From Mobula birostris (lineage: Eukaryota), in NCBI RefSeq assembly GCF_030028105.1, contig NC_092384.1, positions 3,639,665 through 3,703,664 on the forward strand: a DNA stretch of 64,000 bases. Direction: 5' to 3'. Under the pieces are notes generated by a model that ran no database searches, was not told the DNA's origin, and was given only the letters and a program-made list of their open reading frames with translations. Positions within the stretch are counted from its first letter, which is position 1. Every line of letters starts with the position of its first letter. Both the position numbers and the translations under genes were made by a program. This document shows, piece after piece, positions 1 to 11,600 of the stretch.

Positions 1-1361
1 AGGCGAGGAGAGGCGAGGAGAGGCGAATTACTGGCACTCGCTTCGGCAGAGACCAGGATGACATCTGCACACCCTACCTGCTATGACTTTGCCGATGCTC
101 CCGCGCCGAACGGCTGAAAGCCGGGACTATAAACTACCGGTTCAGCCGAGTGTGTATTGCCTCTAATAGCCAAAGTCAAGGGACACGGGAAAACAGGGAA
201 TTAACGGCCGGATCGTAACATAAACAAAGTAATTTTAAAGGGACCCCGATCCGGACCATGACACCCCGGGCTTCGTTGATTGCCGGCACCGCTTCATCTC
301 CATTCCTTTCAGGTGTCTACGACCTCTCCTTTCTCGTATCTCCTCTCTTCGTCTTCCACCGAAAAAAGACACAGATCATTTCGGTGTCAGGCACACAGGC
401 AGAACAACCCTCCCAAAATTGAACGTCTCACACTCCAAAGCCTCCGTTATCTCTAAACATAACCCAAACACCGCTGCTACAGAAAGACAAATACTTTGGC
501 AGTGCTGCTAAAGACCATTACACTAGAAGTTAAACGTTTCCTAGGGTGGTAAACTTCCCCCCCCCCCCACCACCAAATTTAGTAATGTCCTCATGACATT
601 AAGATAAATTGCCAACCCTTCATGCAAATCACAAAGTCCAACCCAGGTGTAAAAGGCAGTGACATAGCTCCCCAAGGTGTTAAGTGCCACATTTTGTTCC
701 CTCGGTGCTACATGGCCTAGACTATCCGGTGGTCGCCTGATTCCTTGAGACCTCTGTACCCGCTGATCTATCCCTTCAGGTCCCAACACTACCTGGGGTA
801 CTTCTGTTCTACCTGATGAGGACTCTCCCCGTGCCCTCCTGCAGCTCTGTCCCTCGGCTGAGCTCGGTTCTTCCCTTGCATGGTACAGTTGAATCCCAGT
901 CCCCAGGCTGTCTACAGAAAGACCAACCCCACACCATCGCTCCCCCCTCCGCCCAAGATTTCACCTAATGTGCCTCCTTACATAGTAGGTAAACCTTTCG
1001 TTGTCTTGAACAATGAATTGGCAACTTCCAAAGAATAACACGTGATAAAAAAAAAAAAATCATGGTGATTTTCATAATCAGTAGAGTAAAGTCCATAAGG
1101 TGCATACTAAGGTATTAAGGAAGCAAAATATGTTTTGCCAAGTGTTACCGTAGCCTTTCCTGAACAATGGACAACAGCAGAATCAGTATCAGAATCAGGT
1201 TTATTAACTCCGGCATGTGACGTGAAATTTGCTAACTTACAGCAGCAGTTCAATGCAACTCACAATGTAGAAGGTAAACAATAAATAAATAAATAAATAA
1301 TATATATTTATTTCGGTAAATGAATTGCAGTACACATATAATGAATATATTTTAAAACGTG

Positions 1362-1900
1362 CGTAATGGCTTCTTTGTCATGTTTCACTGCCAATGCTAA
1401 TGTAATAGCTTCTCTGTAATGTTCACTGCCGATGTAACGGTTTCTCTGTAGCAGAAATGTTTGGGTTATGGCTGGAGATAATTATGCACGTTAGCCAATC
1501 AGGATTCTGTTGCCAGTCTGGTAATTCTGGAAGCTGTTGGTTTAGCGGGCGTATGCTAGAGGGAGAGAGAAGGATGAAGAGAGAAGACGCGAATGGTGAG
1601 ATTCGATAGGCCGCCAGACAGAGTGGACTGCAACCGGTGGTCCGAAGGTCAGTTACACTCGGAGGAGATCGAATTGTGGTAGGAAGACTACTGAGTGAGC
1701 TCCAACGGTTCTGCACAGACTGTTTAATAAGATCCCCCCCCCCCATTTTCTTTTATATTTTGTTTCTCCACTGATCACATAGTCAAAGTAAGAGTTATAA
1801 AGCTTAATCATTTAATCGCATTTGGTGTACTGCTTGTTACTTTGGGGTACTGATTTGTGACATGGGACACGTCACGCAGCATCCACCCAAACGAGATTTC
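1362..1900. mobile_element. LTR-like sequence (probable solo or truncated LTR) starting with ~33-bp degenerate tandem units
   Basis: Units of GTAATRGCTTCT(C/T)TGT...CACTGCCRAT repeated 2-3x from 1362. CCAAT at ~1495 and an LTR-like ...GTGACA at 1857-1862. No TSD identified. Confidence 0.4.
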
Positions 1901-1904
1901 TTAA

Positions 1905-3140
1905 GTTTGGCCGGTCCCTGAGGATGTCCTGGTTATTTTTTAGGCTAATACCCAAGATGGAGCTGGCAGATTTACAACCCTCTGCAACTTCTTTTGGTCC
2001 TGTGCAGTAGCGCCCCCCACCCCCATACCAGACAGAGATGCAGCCTATCAGAATGTTCTCCAAAGTACACTATGGAAGATTTTCAGTGTATTTATTGATT
2101 TGCCAAATCTCTTCAAACTCCTAATATAGTATAGCCGCTCTCTTGCTTTCTTTATAACTACATCAATATGTTGGGACCAGGTTAGCTCCTCAGATATCTT
2201 AACAGCCAAGAACTTGAAACTGTTCAATCTCTCCACTTCTGATTCCTCTATGAGGATTGGTATGTGTTCCTTCGTCTTACCCTTCCTGATTTCCACAATC
2301 AGCTGTTTGACGTTGAGTGCCAGGTTGTTGTAGCGGCATTACTCCACTAGTTGGCGTATCACACTCATTTACGCCCTCTCGTCACCACCCGAGGTTCTGC
2401 CAACAACAGTTGTATCGTCAGCAAAGTTATAGATGGTGTTGGAGCTATTCCTAGCCACACAGTCATGTGTATATAGAGAGTAGAGCAGTGGACTAAGCTC
2501 ACACCCCTGAGGTGCGTCAGTGTTGATCGCCTACGAGGAAGATATGTTATCACCAATCCTCACAGATTGTGTTCTTCCGGTTAGGAAGCCGAGGATCTAA
2601 TTGCAGGGGTACAGAGACCCAGGTTCTGCAACTTCTCAATCAGGATTGTGGGAATGTTTGTATTAAATGCTCAGCTTTAATCGACGAACATCATCCTGAC
2701 ATAGGTGTTTGTGCTGGCCAGGTGGTCGAAAGCGGTGTGGATACCCATTGAAATTGCGCCTGCCGTTGAGCTGTTGTGGCGATAGGAAAATTGTAATGGG
2801 TGCAGGTCCTTGCTGAGGCAGGAGTACAGTCTAGTCATGGCCAACCTGTCATAGCATTTTATTATTCTCGATGTGAGTGCTACCGGACGATAGTCATTAA
2901 GATAACCCACGTTATTCTTCAATGCGTTGGTATATGTTGCCTTTTTAAAGCAAGTGGGAACTTCCGCCCGCAGCAGTGAGACATTCAAAATGTCATTGAA
3001 TACTCCCACTACTTGGTTAGCACAGGTTTTCAGAGCCTTACCAGGTAATCCATCCAGACCTTCCGCCTTGCGAGGGTTCACCATCTTTAAAGACAGCCTA
3101 ACATCAGCCTTTGAGACAGAGATCATAGCGATGCTGCAAT
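1905..3140 (-). mobile_element. Rex1/Babar-type non-LTR retrotransposon, RT plus 3' region, degraded
   Basis: ORF 2677-3126(-) reads NPRKAEGLDG...[10 protein letters not shown]...QFSYRHNSSTAGAI...YVRMMFVD. ORF 2048-2296 reads FKFLAVKISEELTWSQHIDVVIKKARERLYYIRSLKRF. Confidence 0.85.
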
Positions 3141-3239
3141 CCTCCTGTTCCTTAGCTGTGGTTCAGACTGCCATAAATACCTCTGCTAAAGCCTACGTCA
3201 TTCCTGCGGTAGTTCACCACGTGGTCACATTAGAACATA

Positions 3240-6200
3240 GTACATAGGAAAGTACAACAGAGTAAGATGTCATACGGTCACAATGTCGAGCCGATACAGC
3301 TACAACTTAAATTAAGAAAACCCAAAAACGAATCCCTCCATATCTCCCCATCTTCCTCCTAATCATGTGCCTGTCAAGACGATACTTAAAATCTTCAAAT
3401 GTATTTTCTTCTACCGCCATATCTGACACTGCATTAAGGGCATCCACGATTGTCCGGATTAAAAAAAANNNNNNNNNNNNNNNNNNNNNNNNNNNNNNNN
3501 NNNNNNNNNNNNNNNNNNNNNNNNNNNNNNNNNNNNNNNNNNNNNNNNNNNNNNNNNNNNNNNNNNNNNNNNNNNNNNNNNNNNNNNNNNNNNNNNNNNN
3601 NNNNNNTTTGATACGATTCTCTTACATTCGATGCTTGCTATCTGGCGAATCAAGAACTTATCTATCCATCTTTGTCTGAAATGCGCTCAATAACTTGGCC
3701 TCCACGGCCAATCCTGCCAGCGAATTCCACAGATTAACCACCCTCTGACTAAAGTAATTTTTCTGCATCTCTGTTCTAAATGGATGTCCTTCAATCCTGA
3801 AGTCGTACCCTGTTTTCCTAGACTCCCCGACCATGGAAAATAATTTTGCCATATCTAATCTGTGCAGGCCATTGGATATTCAGAAAGTTTCTATGAGACC
3901 CCCCCACTCATTCTCCTGAACTGCAGAGAATGCAGCCCAAGTGCTGCCAGTCGTTCCTAAAGCGTTAACCCTTTTGTTCCTGGAATCATTCTCGTGAAAC
4001 TTCACTGAACACTCTCCAATGTCAGTATATCTTTTTTTTTTTTTTTTAAATAAGTAGTCCAAAACTGCACACAATGCTCCAGGTGTTGTCTCACGGGTGC
4101 CTTATAGAGCCTCGATATCACAACCCTGCTCTTATATTCCATACCTCTAGAAAGCAATGCCAACTTTGCAATTGTCTTCTTCACCAGCGACTAAACCTGA
4201 AGGTTAACATTTAGGGTATCCTGCAAAAAGGACTCCCCAGTCCATTTGCATTTCTGCATTTTGAATTAGTTCCCCAACCATTGTATTTCATTTGTCACTT
4301 CTGTGCCCTTTCCTCTAAACTACCAAAGTCCCTCTGAAAGCTCCTTGTTTCCTCAACACTACCGGCTCCTCCACCTATCTTTGTATCATCGGCAAATTTA
4401 ACCACAAATCCATTAATCGCATAGTGCACATCATTGCCATACATCAGAAAAAACAGCAGTCCCAGCACCGACCCTTGCGGAACTCCAGTGGTAAACGGCA
4501 GACAGCCAGAACAGTATCCCTTTATTCCCAGTCTCTGTTTTCTGCCGATCAGCCAATCCTCCACCCATGCTAGCAACTCTTCTGTAATTCCATGGGCTCT
4601 ATCTTACCAAACAGCCTCATGTGCGGAACCTTGTCAAAGGCCTTCTGAAAATCCAAGTACACTACGTCTACTGCATCTATATTGTCTATGCTGCTTGTAG
4701 TTTCCTCAAAACACTGCAGTATGCTAGTCAGGCAGGAAATTCCTTTCAGGAAATCATGCTGGCTATGACCTATCTTGTAATGTGCCTCCGTTATCTCGTC
4801 CCCAACAATCAATTCCAACAACTTCCCAACCACTAACTGGTCTATAATTTCCTTTATGATGCCACACACCGTTCTTAAATAGCAGAGTAGCTTTCGCAAT
4901 TTTCCAGTGATGCGGTATTTTGCCAGAATGTATCTATTCTTGAAAGATCATTATTAATGACTCTACAATCTCTGCAGCTAGTTCCTTCAGAACCCAAGGG
5001 TGCATTCCAACAGGTCCAGGAGACTTATCCACGCTCAGACACTTAAGCGTTCTGAGCAGATTCTCAGTCGTAATTTTCACTGCACATAATTCACTTCCCT
5101 GAAACTCTTGAATGTCCAGTATACTGCAGAACCTTCCCCTGTGAGAACTGATACAAAATACGTATTCAGTTCCTCTGCCATCTCTGCATGTCTCATTAAA
5201 ATATCTGCAGCGTCATAAATAATTCGACTGATAAAAACAAGCGTCACTTAAGCTTTGTTAACTACAATATCGACCTGAAACACCTCACCTTTATCTGGGT
5301 AAAAGTAGACACATTGTCGGCCCTGTGGATTTATCCACCCAATTTGGCTTAGCATTTCAAGATCACCTCCCTGTTTATCTATTCATGAGCCCATCGTTTG
5401 GCAAGCGAATGCAACGACGCCAACGCCTGTTAAGATGTTTCTTGTCTCCCTTGCTTCCATGTAAAAATGACCACGGTGATTATCATGACGACCAATTTGG
5501 TCCACTGCTCTTATTATATCTGTAGAAATGCTGCTATTCCCCTTCACAATCTCGGATAGCACAAACTGATGTCCTCATGATTTCGCTCTTTAGTGTCTTT
5601 TTCATTTCACACACTAGTCACGTACCACATTTGTTCTTTGCTGTCTGTATATTAGCTGGAATAGAATAGTACAGCACAGTACAGGCCCTTTGGCCCGCAA
5701 TGTTGTGCTAACCCTCAAACCCTGCCTCCCATATAACCCCCTCCCACATTAAATTCCTCCATATACCTGTCTAGTAGTCTCTTAAATTTCACTAATGTAT
5801 CTGCCTCCACTACTGACTCAGGCACTGTATTCCACGCACCAACCACTCTCTGAGTGAAAAAAAAAATCCTCTAATATCCCCCTTGAACTTTGCACCCTTA
5901 CCTTAAAGCCATGTCTTCTTGTATTGAGCAAGTGTGCCCTGGGGAAGAGGCGCTGGCTTTCTACTTTATCTATTCATCTCAATATCTTCTATACCTCTAT
6001 CATGTTTCCTCTTATCCTCCTTCTCTCCAAGGAGTAAAGCCCTAGTGTTCCCTTAATCTCTGATCATAATCTATGCGCTCTGAACCTAGAAGCATCCTGG
6101 TAAATCTCCTCTGTACCCTTTCCAATGCTTCCAAATCCTTTCTATAGTGAGGTGACCAGAACTGACCACAGTACTCCAAGTGTGGGCTAACCAGAGTTTT

Positions 6201-6660
6201 ATAGAGCTCCATCATTACCTGTCGTCTCCTAAGCTCTATCCCTTGGCTAATGAAGCCTAACACCCCATAAGCTTTATAATCTACCCTTTCTACCTGTGGG
6301 GCAACTTTCACGGATCTGTGGATATGTACTCCCAGATCCCTCCGGCCCTCCACATTTCCACGTATGCTGACATTTACTTTACACTTCTCTGGGTTTAACT
6401 CTATCCGCCACATGTCAGCACACTTCTGATCCTATCAATGTCTCCGTGCAATATTTGCTATTTAATTATTTCTTATTTTAAGCCAGGCTTCATATCTTTC
6501 TTGATAACAAAAGGGTCCGTAAACCTGTTTGCTTTTTCTTTATTCTGACAGGTACATGCAAACTTTGTACTCCCTAAATTTCTGAAGGCCTCCCATTCAT
6601 TTGGCAGAAAATAACCTGAGCCAATCCACCATTTCCAATTCTGTCTGGTAACGTCAAAAT
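3240..6660 (-). mobile_element. Mosaic of CR1-clade LINE ORF2 and 3' fragments
   Basis: GVPQGSVLGLL, VVKFADDTKIGG, VDVVYLDFQKAFDKVPH and PHLEYCGQFWSPHYRKDLEALERVQRRFTRM in minus-strand ORFs 4295-4576, 4570-4899 and 6042-6413. Confidence 0.9.
3469..3606. other. Assembly gap (138 N)
   Basis: Run of N in the sequence. Confidence 1.
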
Positions 6661-6672
6661 TGTCCATTCTCT

Positions 6673-8900
6673 GTGCAACCGGGAGCGGAGCGGGCCGAAT
6701 CACAAAACGAGTTTGCGGAAGCTAGGGTCGGAGATTTCAAAGACAGGGGTCTATCGTTTCTGAGAAGTGAGGAGACAGAGCGGTCGTTATTGTCTATTAC
6801 AAATGTGGTGAAGAGGGGCACTTCAGGCGAGAGTAGGAATGACAGGAAACACTGCGGAGAGTGAGCCCACGGATACCTCAGCAGAGCGGGTCGTTGGCAA
6901 TCCTTAAAAGACACGCAGTGAGGGATAGCGAGGTGTAGTGGGGTCGGGTGGCACATTTCTCACAATATATTAAGGAACACTGGAAAGCAAAGAACCCTAT
7001 TTCTTAATGCTTTATGGGCCAAGCTCCAGCGTATCGCTGCTGATAGAAGGTATTTATACTAGAGCCATACTTGACACAGAGTCGAAAGTCACTTCGTTGT
7101 ACCGTTCATTTTATAACCATTGGCGTAATTCAGTGCACTTGAGATCCGGGCTCTTAGTGCGACTGGTTATCCGTATGATGGTTACTTGTCAGTAAAACTA
7201 GAGCTTTCGGAGGCCGATGTGTGAGTGGCTGAGGGGCTGGATACATTACCACTAGGCTGTCAGGACCCTGCTGAGAAAGGCGGTGATTCAATTCTTGTGG
7301 AGACCAACCCTCCTATTGTGAAGAAGCTCATGGGAGCCTGTAACGAGAAAGCTGAAGGGAGCTTTCTGAGAACATTGTCCTTTCACTCGGTGTTTCGAGC
7401 TGCCTTTGAGGAAATGCGTGGCTGCATTGGGACTGATAACGAATTTAAACGAGGGACTGTGTGGTTCCCCAGTCCAAGCAAATCATGTTACGGCCCGGGG
7501 AAGTAGCGAGAGTAATGGGAAACCCCAAGTTTCCCAGAATGCCCGAGGGCGAGGCCTTCTTGGTGGATGCTCCGGAAGACCACGAAGAGGAGTCGGGAAT
7601 GCCTGCTGTGGTACTGGTGAGGCCCGAACTGCAAAAACCCTTGGTTGTACAGGCGAACAAGATGGGAGTGATTGTCAGAAACACTACTAAGAGCGGGGTC
7701 ACATTCAGTCGTGGGTTACCCCTGGCTCATCTTTTCCCGGAAACAATAGTGCTCCTGTCCCTGTGAGACAAGCGGGGGAGAAATTATCTGCAAAGAGGGT
7801 AATTGTTGACTGCTGAGTCATTCAACTTCGGGGACTCCCAAGTACCTGCGGGTTAGAAAAACAAGTTCACAGAGAAGATGTTGAAGCTTGAAGATGTATT
7901 TTCCACTGACGAGTTCAATCTGGGGGGTTCCAAGAGCTCTCTACACACTATGCGCGCGACCTAGGACACCCTGTTCAGAAAGAGGTCACAGCAAATGCCT
8001 CCTGTAGAGGTGGAAGACGTTTGGTAAAATCCTGTAAGTTGAAGGAGGCTGAGATTATCATCGAGTCCCGAAGCTCCTATGCGTCACACCATAGTGGTGG
8101 CCAGAAAGAGGAATGGGAAGGTATGGATATGTGTGGACTATAGGACTCTGAACAGCCCTACCGTCTCCGATCGATATACTGTCCCAAGGATCGAAGACGC
8201 GCTGGCCTGTCTGGGTAGTACGAAGTGGTTTAGTGTGCTGGACTTGAGAAGTGGATATTACCTGATCCCCGTCAGTGAGTCTGACAAAGAAGAGATGGCA
8301 TTTATATATCCACTGGGATTCTTCCAGTCGAAGTGCTGCCCAGGGCTTCTCGCATCTCCCTGCAACCTTCCAGCGGGTCATGGGGCATATGAGCTTTCTT
8401 GAAGTATCGGTGTATCTGGATGACTTCATAGTGTGCAGGTCCATCTTGGAAAAAGCATGAAACGGAGCTCAGGCAAGGGTCAGAGCGGTCCGAGTTGTAG
8501 GTAGGGACGAGTGATAGGACGGGGGAGGCCTTGCCAGGTAGACCAGAAGTATCCACAGTAGTGTCGAAACATGAAGAGGTAGATGAGGGACTATGGAGGT
8601 CTCACACATCAGAAGGCTACGGGATAGGCTGGCCTATGTAGCACTGGAGAAACGGAGTGTAACCCCTATTGCTTTGGGCAGCTATGTCACTGCCTTTTAC
8701 ACCTGCGTTGTACTTTGTGTTCTGCTGGAAGGGATGGCAAATTATGTCAAAGTCATGAGGGCATGACTAAATTCAGAGGGGTCAGCGTTTCACGCCCTGG
8801 GAAAGGTTTCACTGCTAATCTAATGGTATCTCTGTACTAACAGTGTTTGCGTTATGACTGACGGGAGCTTTGGAATATGTTGCTCCCAATGGGGGGAGTT
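6673..8900 (+). mobile_element. Gypsy LTR-retrotransposon internal region (protease, RT), internally deleted and degraded
   Basis: Protease-like AILDTES (7007 ORF). RT motifs IVVARKRNGKVWICVDYRTLN and FSVLDLRSGYY (8079-8402) and VYLDDFIV (8275-8460). PPT-like GGGGGGAG near 8891. Confidence 0.85.
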
Positions 8901-9051
8901 TCTTCTTCTTTTTTGTGTTCCCGAGATATAGGGAGTCGCGGCGTTTGTTCAGACACATTTCTGTCACCTGCCCTGTCTCATTTCGTATCTTCCTGATAAT
9001 ATCTGTACCATTAGGTCGTCTGTTATTTTAAATTTCTGCATGTTGCCGCAA

Positions 9052-9069
9052 TGACGTCAAAGTGAAACC
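9052..9069 (+). promoter_or_regulatory. CRE palindrome TGACGTCA overlapping an IRF-like AAAGTGAAACC, upstream of copy A leader
   Basis: Motifs read directly, ~150 bp upstream of ATG 9206. A CRE-like motif sits at the equivalent position in copy B. Confidence 0.45.
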
Positions 9070-9205
9070 AAGATGCAAGGGTTGTGCAGTCTATTTGCAA
9101 AACCATTTCTTACACGACCCTCGAAAAAGCTTCTCATCACTGTGCTATGTGATTGAACATTTAAAATACAGTTACTACGGTCTGATTTCATCAAATTTAT
9201 TGAAA

Positions 9206-9260
9206 ATGCATAGATTTCATTAGCTGCTTAATCTCTGCGTCCTGCAGATTGTGTACACAG
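9206..9260 (+). pseudogene. Leader exon of NKp30-like gene copy A (premature TAG at codon 6)
   Basis: ATG CAT AGA TTT CAT TAG CTG...TAC ACA G|GTATGT. Same 55-nt length and same donor as the copy B leader. Confidence 0.8.
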
Positions 9261-9505
9261 GTATGTATACAATTCCATCGTTGATCTAGAATAACGTGTT
9301 GTGAGATATTCAGAAATTGTTTGTGACAAGCTGTTGCCCATGAAGTAAACCGCAGATTTGTTATTTTAAATTGATTTACTTTACTCACAGTCGAATCGAT
9401 CCATTTCAGTCACAGTGATATAATATATGCATATTTTATTTTTAATAATTTTGTCAATAAAGCCAACCATTATGCTCTGATAACGATTGTTTTTCATTCT
9501 GACAG

Positions 9506-9825
9506 TTGTTGACAGGGCCTCGTTCACAGTGCGCCAGACTCCTGGGCAGGTGACTAAGTCAGAGGGTGCAAATGTGTCAATTTACTGCACCGACCCAGTC
9601 TGCGCTCAGAACACAGCGGTGACTGTTTGTTCGTGGACAGCGGGACAAAAACGATACTCAGGTGCTTCTGCAGACAGAAGGATGAGTATTATAACTTCAG
9701 AGCAAGGTTCTGCCGAATTCCATATCTTCGGGGTGAGATTCGGTGACTCTGGAATCTATTATTCCAGTGTGAGAGACTGAACAAGAAAGACTCCCAAGGC
9801 AAGGGCACGAGTGTTATTGCACACG
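9506..9825 (+). pseudogene. VJ-type Ig V exon of NKp30/NCR3-like gene copy A (pseudogene)
   Basis: Acceptor ttttcattctgacAG. About 86% identical to 61913-62233 (manual count). Lesions: C-strand Trp to Ser, F-strand YYC to YYS, TGG to TGA stop (9778-9780), 1-nt deletion before GxGT, donor GT to AT (9826). Confidence 0.9.
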
Positions 9826-10616
9826 ATAATTCTCAATCGTCGTGTTTTAAACAAATGCAACTTCTAAATTAAACGGAACGCCTTAGGTATTGATAATGTA
9901 CAATAAGAGACCACCTCTCAACCCACAACAGTATTCTTTCTTTCAGGTTTGAATAACCACTGTTTACTGTTGGTGGAACAGTAAAATCTCGTAAAGAATA
10001 TTGTTCTCTAATTTCAAGTAATTTTATGCTCCTTTATATCCGGAGATATAATTCCTGTGATGTACATGTGAAGAAGGACTTTATGTCGGTAGATTGGCAG
10101 TTAATGGAATAGAATGTTACATGTGCTAACTGAAATCATTCAATCAGATTCGACACCTGTGAGTTACAGATGATGACGTGCCCTTCGTAAGTTACGAGTT
10201 CAGACATTACTTGCAGAATATTAAATTGATTCTGCAAAAAGTTCGAGTGCTTTGCCGGCGTATACGACGAATAAACCCTTCTCGGGATTCCAACCGGGAA
10301 CAGATGTCAATTGTAACCGACGTCTCGATGGCATACTCTACCATTCTTGGAGAATCCGAGAAGAGTTTATTTGGAAACTCGAGTCTGCCTGTCCCATTGC
10401 AAATAGAAACAATGAATAAATGTTTGTTGTGTGTATTTAAATAATTACCGAATGCAGAACGCATTAACTGCTAAACAGAATCAGAATCAGAATATCACCG
10501 GCATTTGTCGGGAAATTTATTAACTTACCGGCACCAGTTCAATGTTAAGCACAATAGAACATAATAATGTAAGAAAAAGAGAAAATAAATCACCAGTGAA
10601 TCATATATACGTGAGG

Positions 10617-10812
10617 TGTTGTTCAGTCGTTAAGTCGAGTCCGATTCTTCGTGACATCATGGACCAGGTGGTCTATAGCTTTTTAATGGCAGGATAGGGA
10701 AGTAGATTGCCAGGCATTTGTTCCGCGCATATATTGCTGCAGCCCCGCTGGACCCGGCTGGGTTTGAACTCAGTTCTATCCGCCTTGAAGTCCAGTGCTA
10801 ATGCACTGAGGT
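10617..10812 (-). mobile_element. tRNA-derived SINE with RTE-like 3' tail
   Basis: Minus strand: A-box-like CTCAGTGCATTAG, B-box GTTCAAACCC, tail AATCGGACTCGACTTAACGACTGAACAAC resembling RTE/BovB 3' ends. Paralog at 63026-63232. Confidence 0.65.
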
Positions 10813-10814
10813 AG

Positions 10815-11600
10815 TGTTCATTGGTTTATTATCCATGCGGAATCGGATGGCAGAAAGGAAGTAAAAGTTCTTTGAATCGCTGACTGTGTGCCTTCACGCT
10901 TCTGTACCTCTTTCCTCACGGTAATAAAGAGAAAAGGACATATCCCTGGTAATGTAAGTCCTTAATGATGAACGCAGCCCTCCCGAGACACTGCTACTTG
11001 AAGGTGTCTTGGATACTAGTACTCATGATAGAACTGACTCATTTTGTAACTTATTGTAGCTTACTTCGATCCAGTACAGTAATCGCTCCCCAGCATACCA
11101 GACAGCGATGCAACCTGTCAAAATGCTCTCCTGGTACATCTGTAGAAGTTTTCGAGTGTCCTAGGTGACAAACCGAATCTCCTTAAACTTCTAATGAAAT
11201 ACAGACAGTATCTTACCCCCATTATAGCAACGTCGATATGTTAGGACCAGGTTAGATCCTCAGAGATATTTTCACCCAGGAACTTGAAATTTCCCACTCT
11301 CTCCAAATTTGAGGATTGATTTATGATTCCTCCTCCTATTGTTTCTGAAGTCCTTGGTCAACTTTCTCGTCTTACTGACGTTGAGTAAAAGGTTGTTGCT
11401 GCAATTCCACTCAGCTAGCTAATATCACTCTCTGCTGTACATCCTCACCTTTCTATCTGAGATTCTGCCAACAATTGTTGTATCATTACCAAATGTATTC
11501 ATGACATTTTAGCTATTCCTACCAAATAGCCATGGATATAGCGAGAGTAGAGAAGTGGGCTAAGGACACATCCCACAGATGCACCAGTGATGATCCTCAG
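10815..11600 (-). mobile_element. Old Rex1/Babar-type LINE 3' fragment (shared with copy B)
   Basis: Similar to 1905-2560 and collinear with 63235-64000. Confidence 0.75.

Noticed and set aside
1-1000. 5' UTR/ORF1 of a LINE on the minus strand
   Set aside because: The composition is suggestive, but I could not identify a diagnostic motif.
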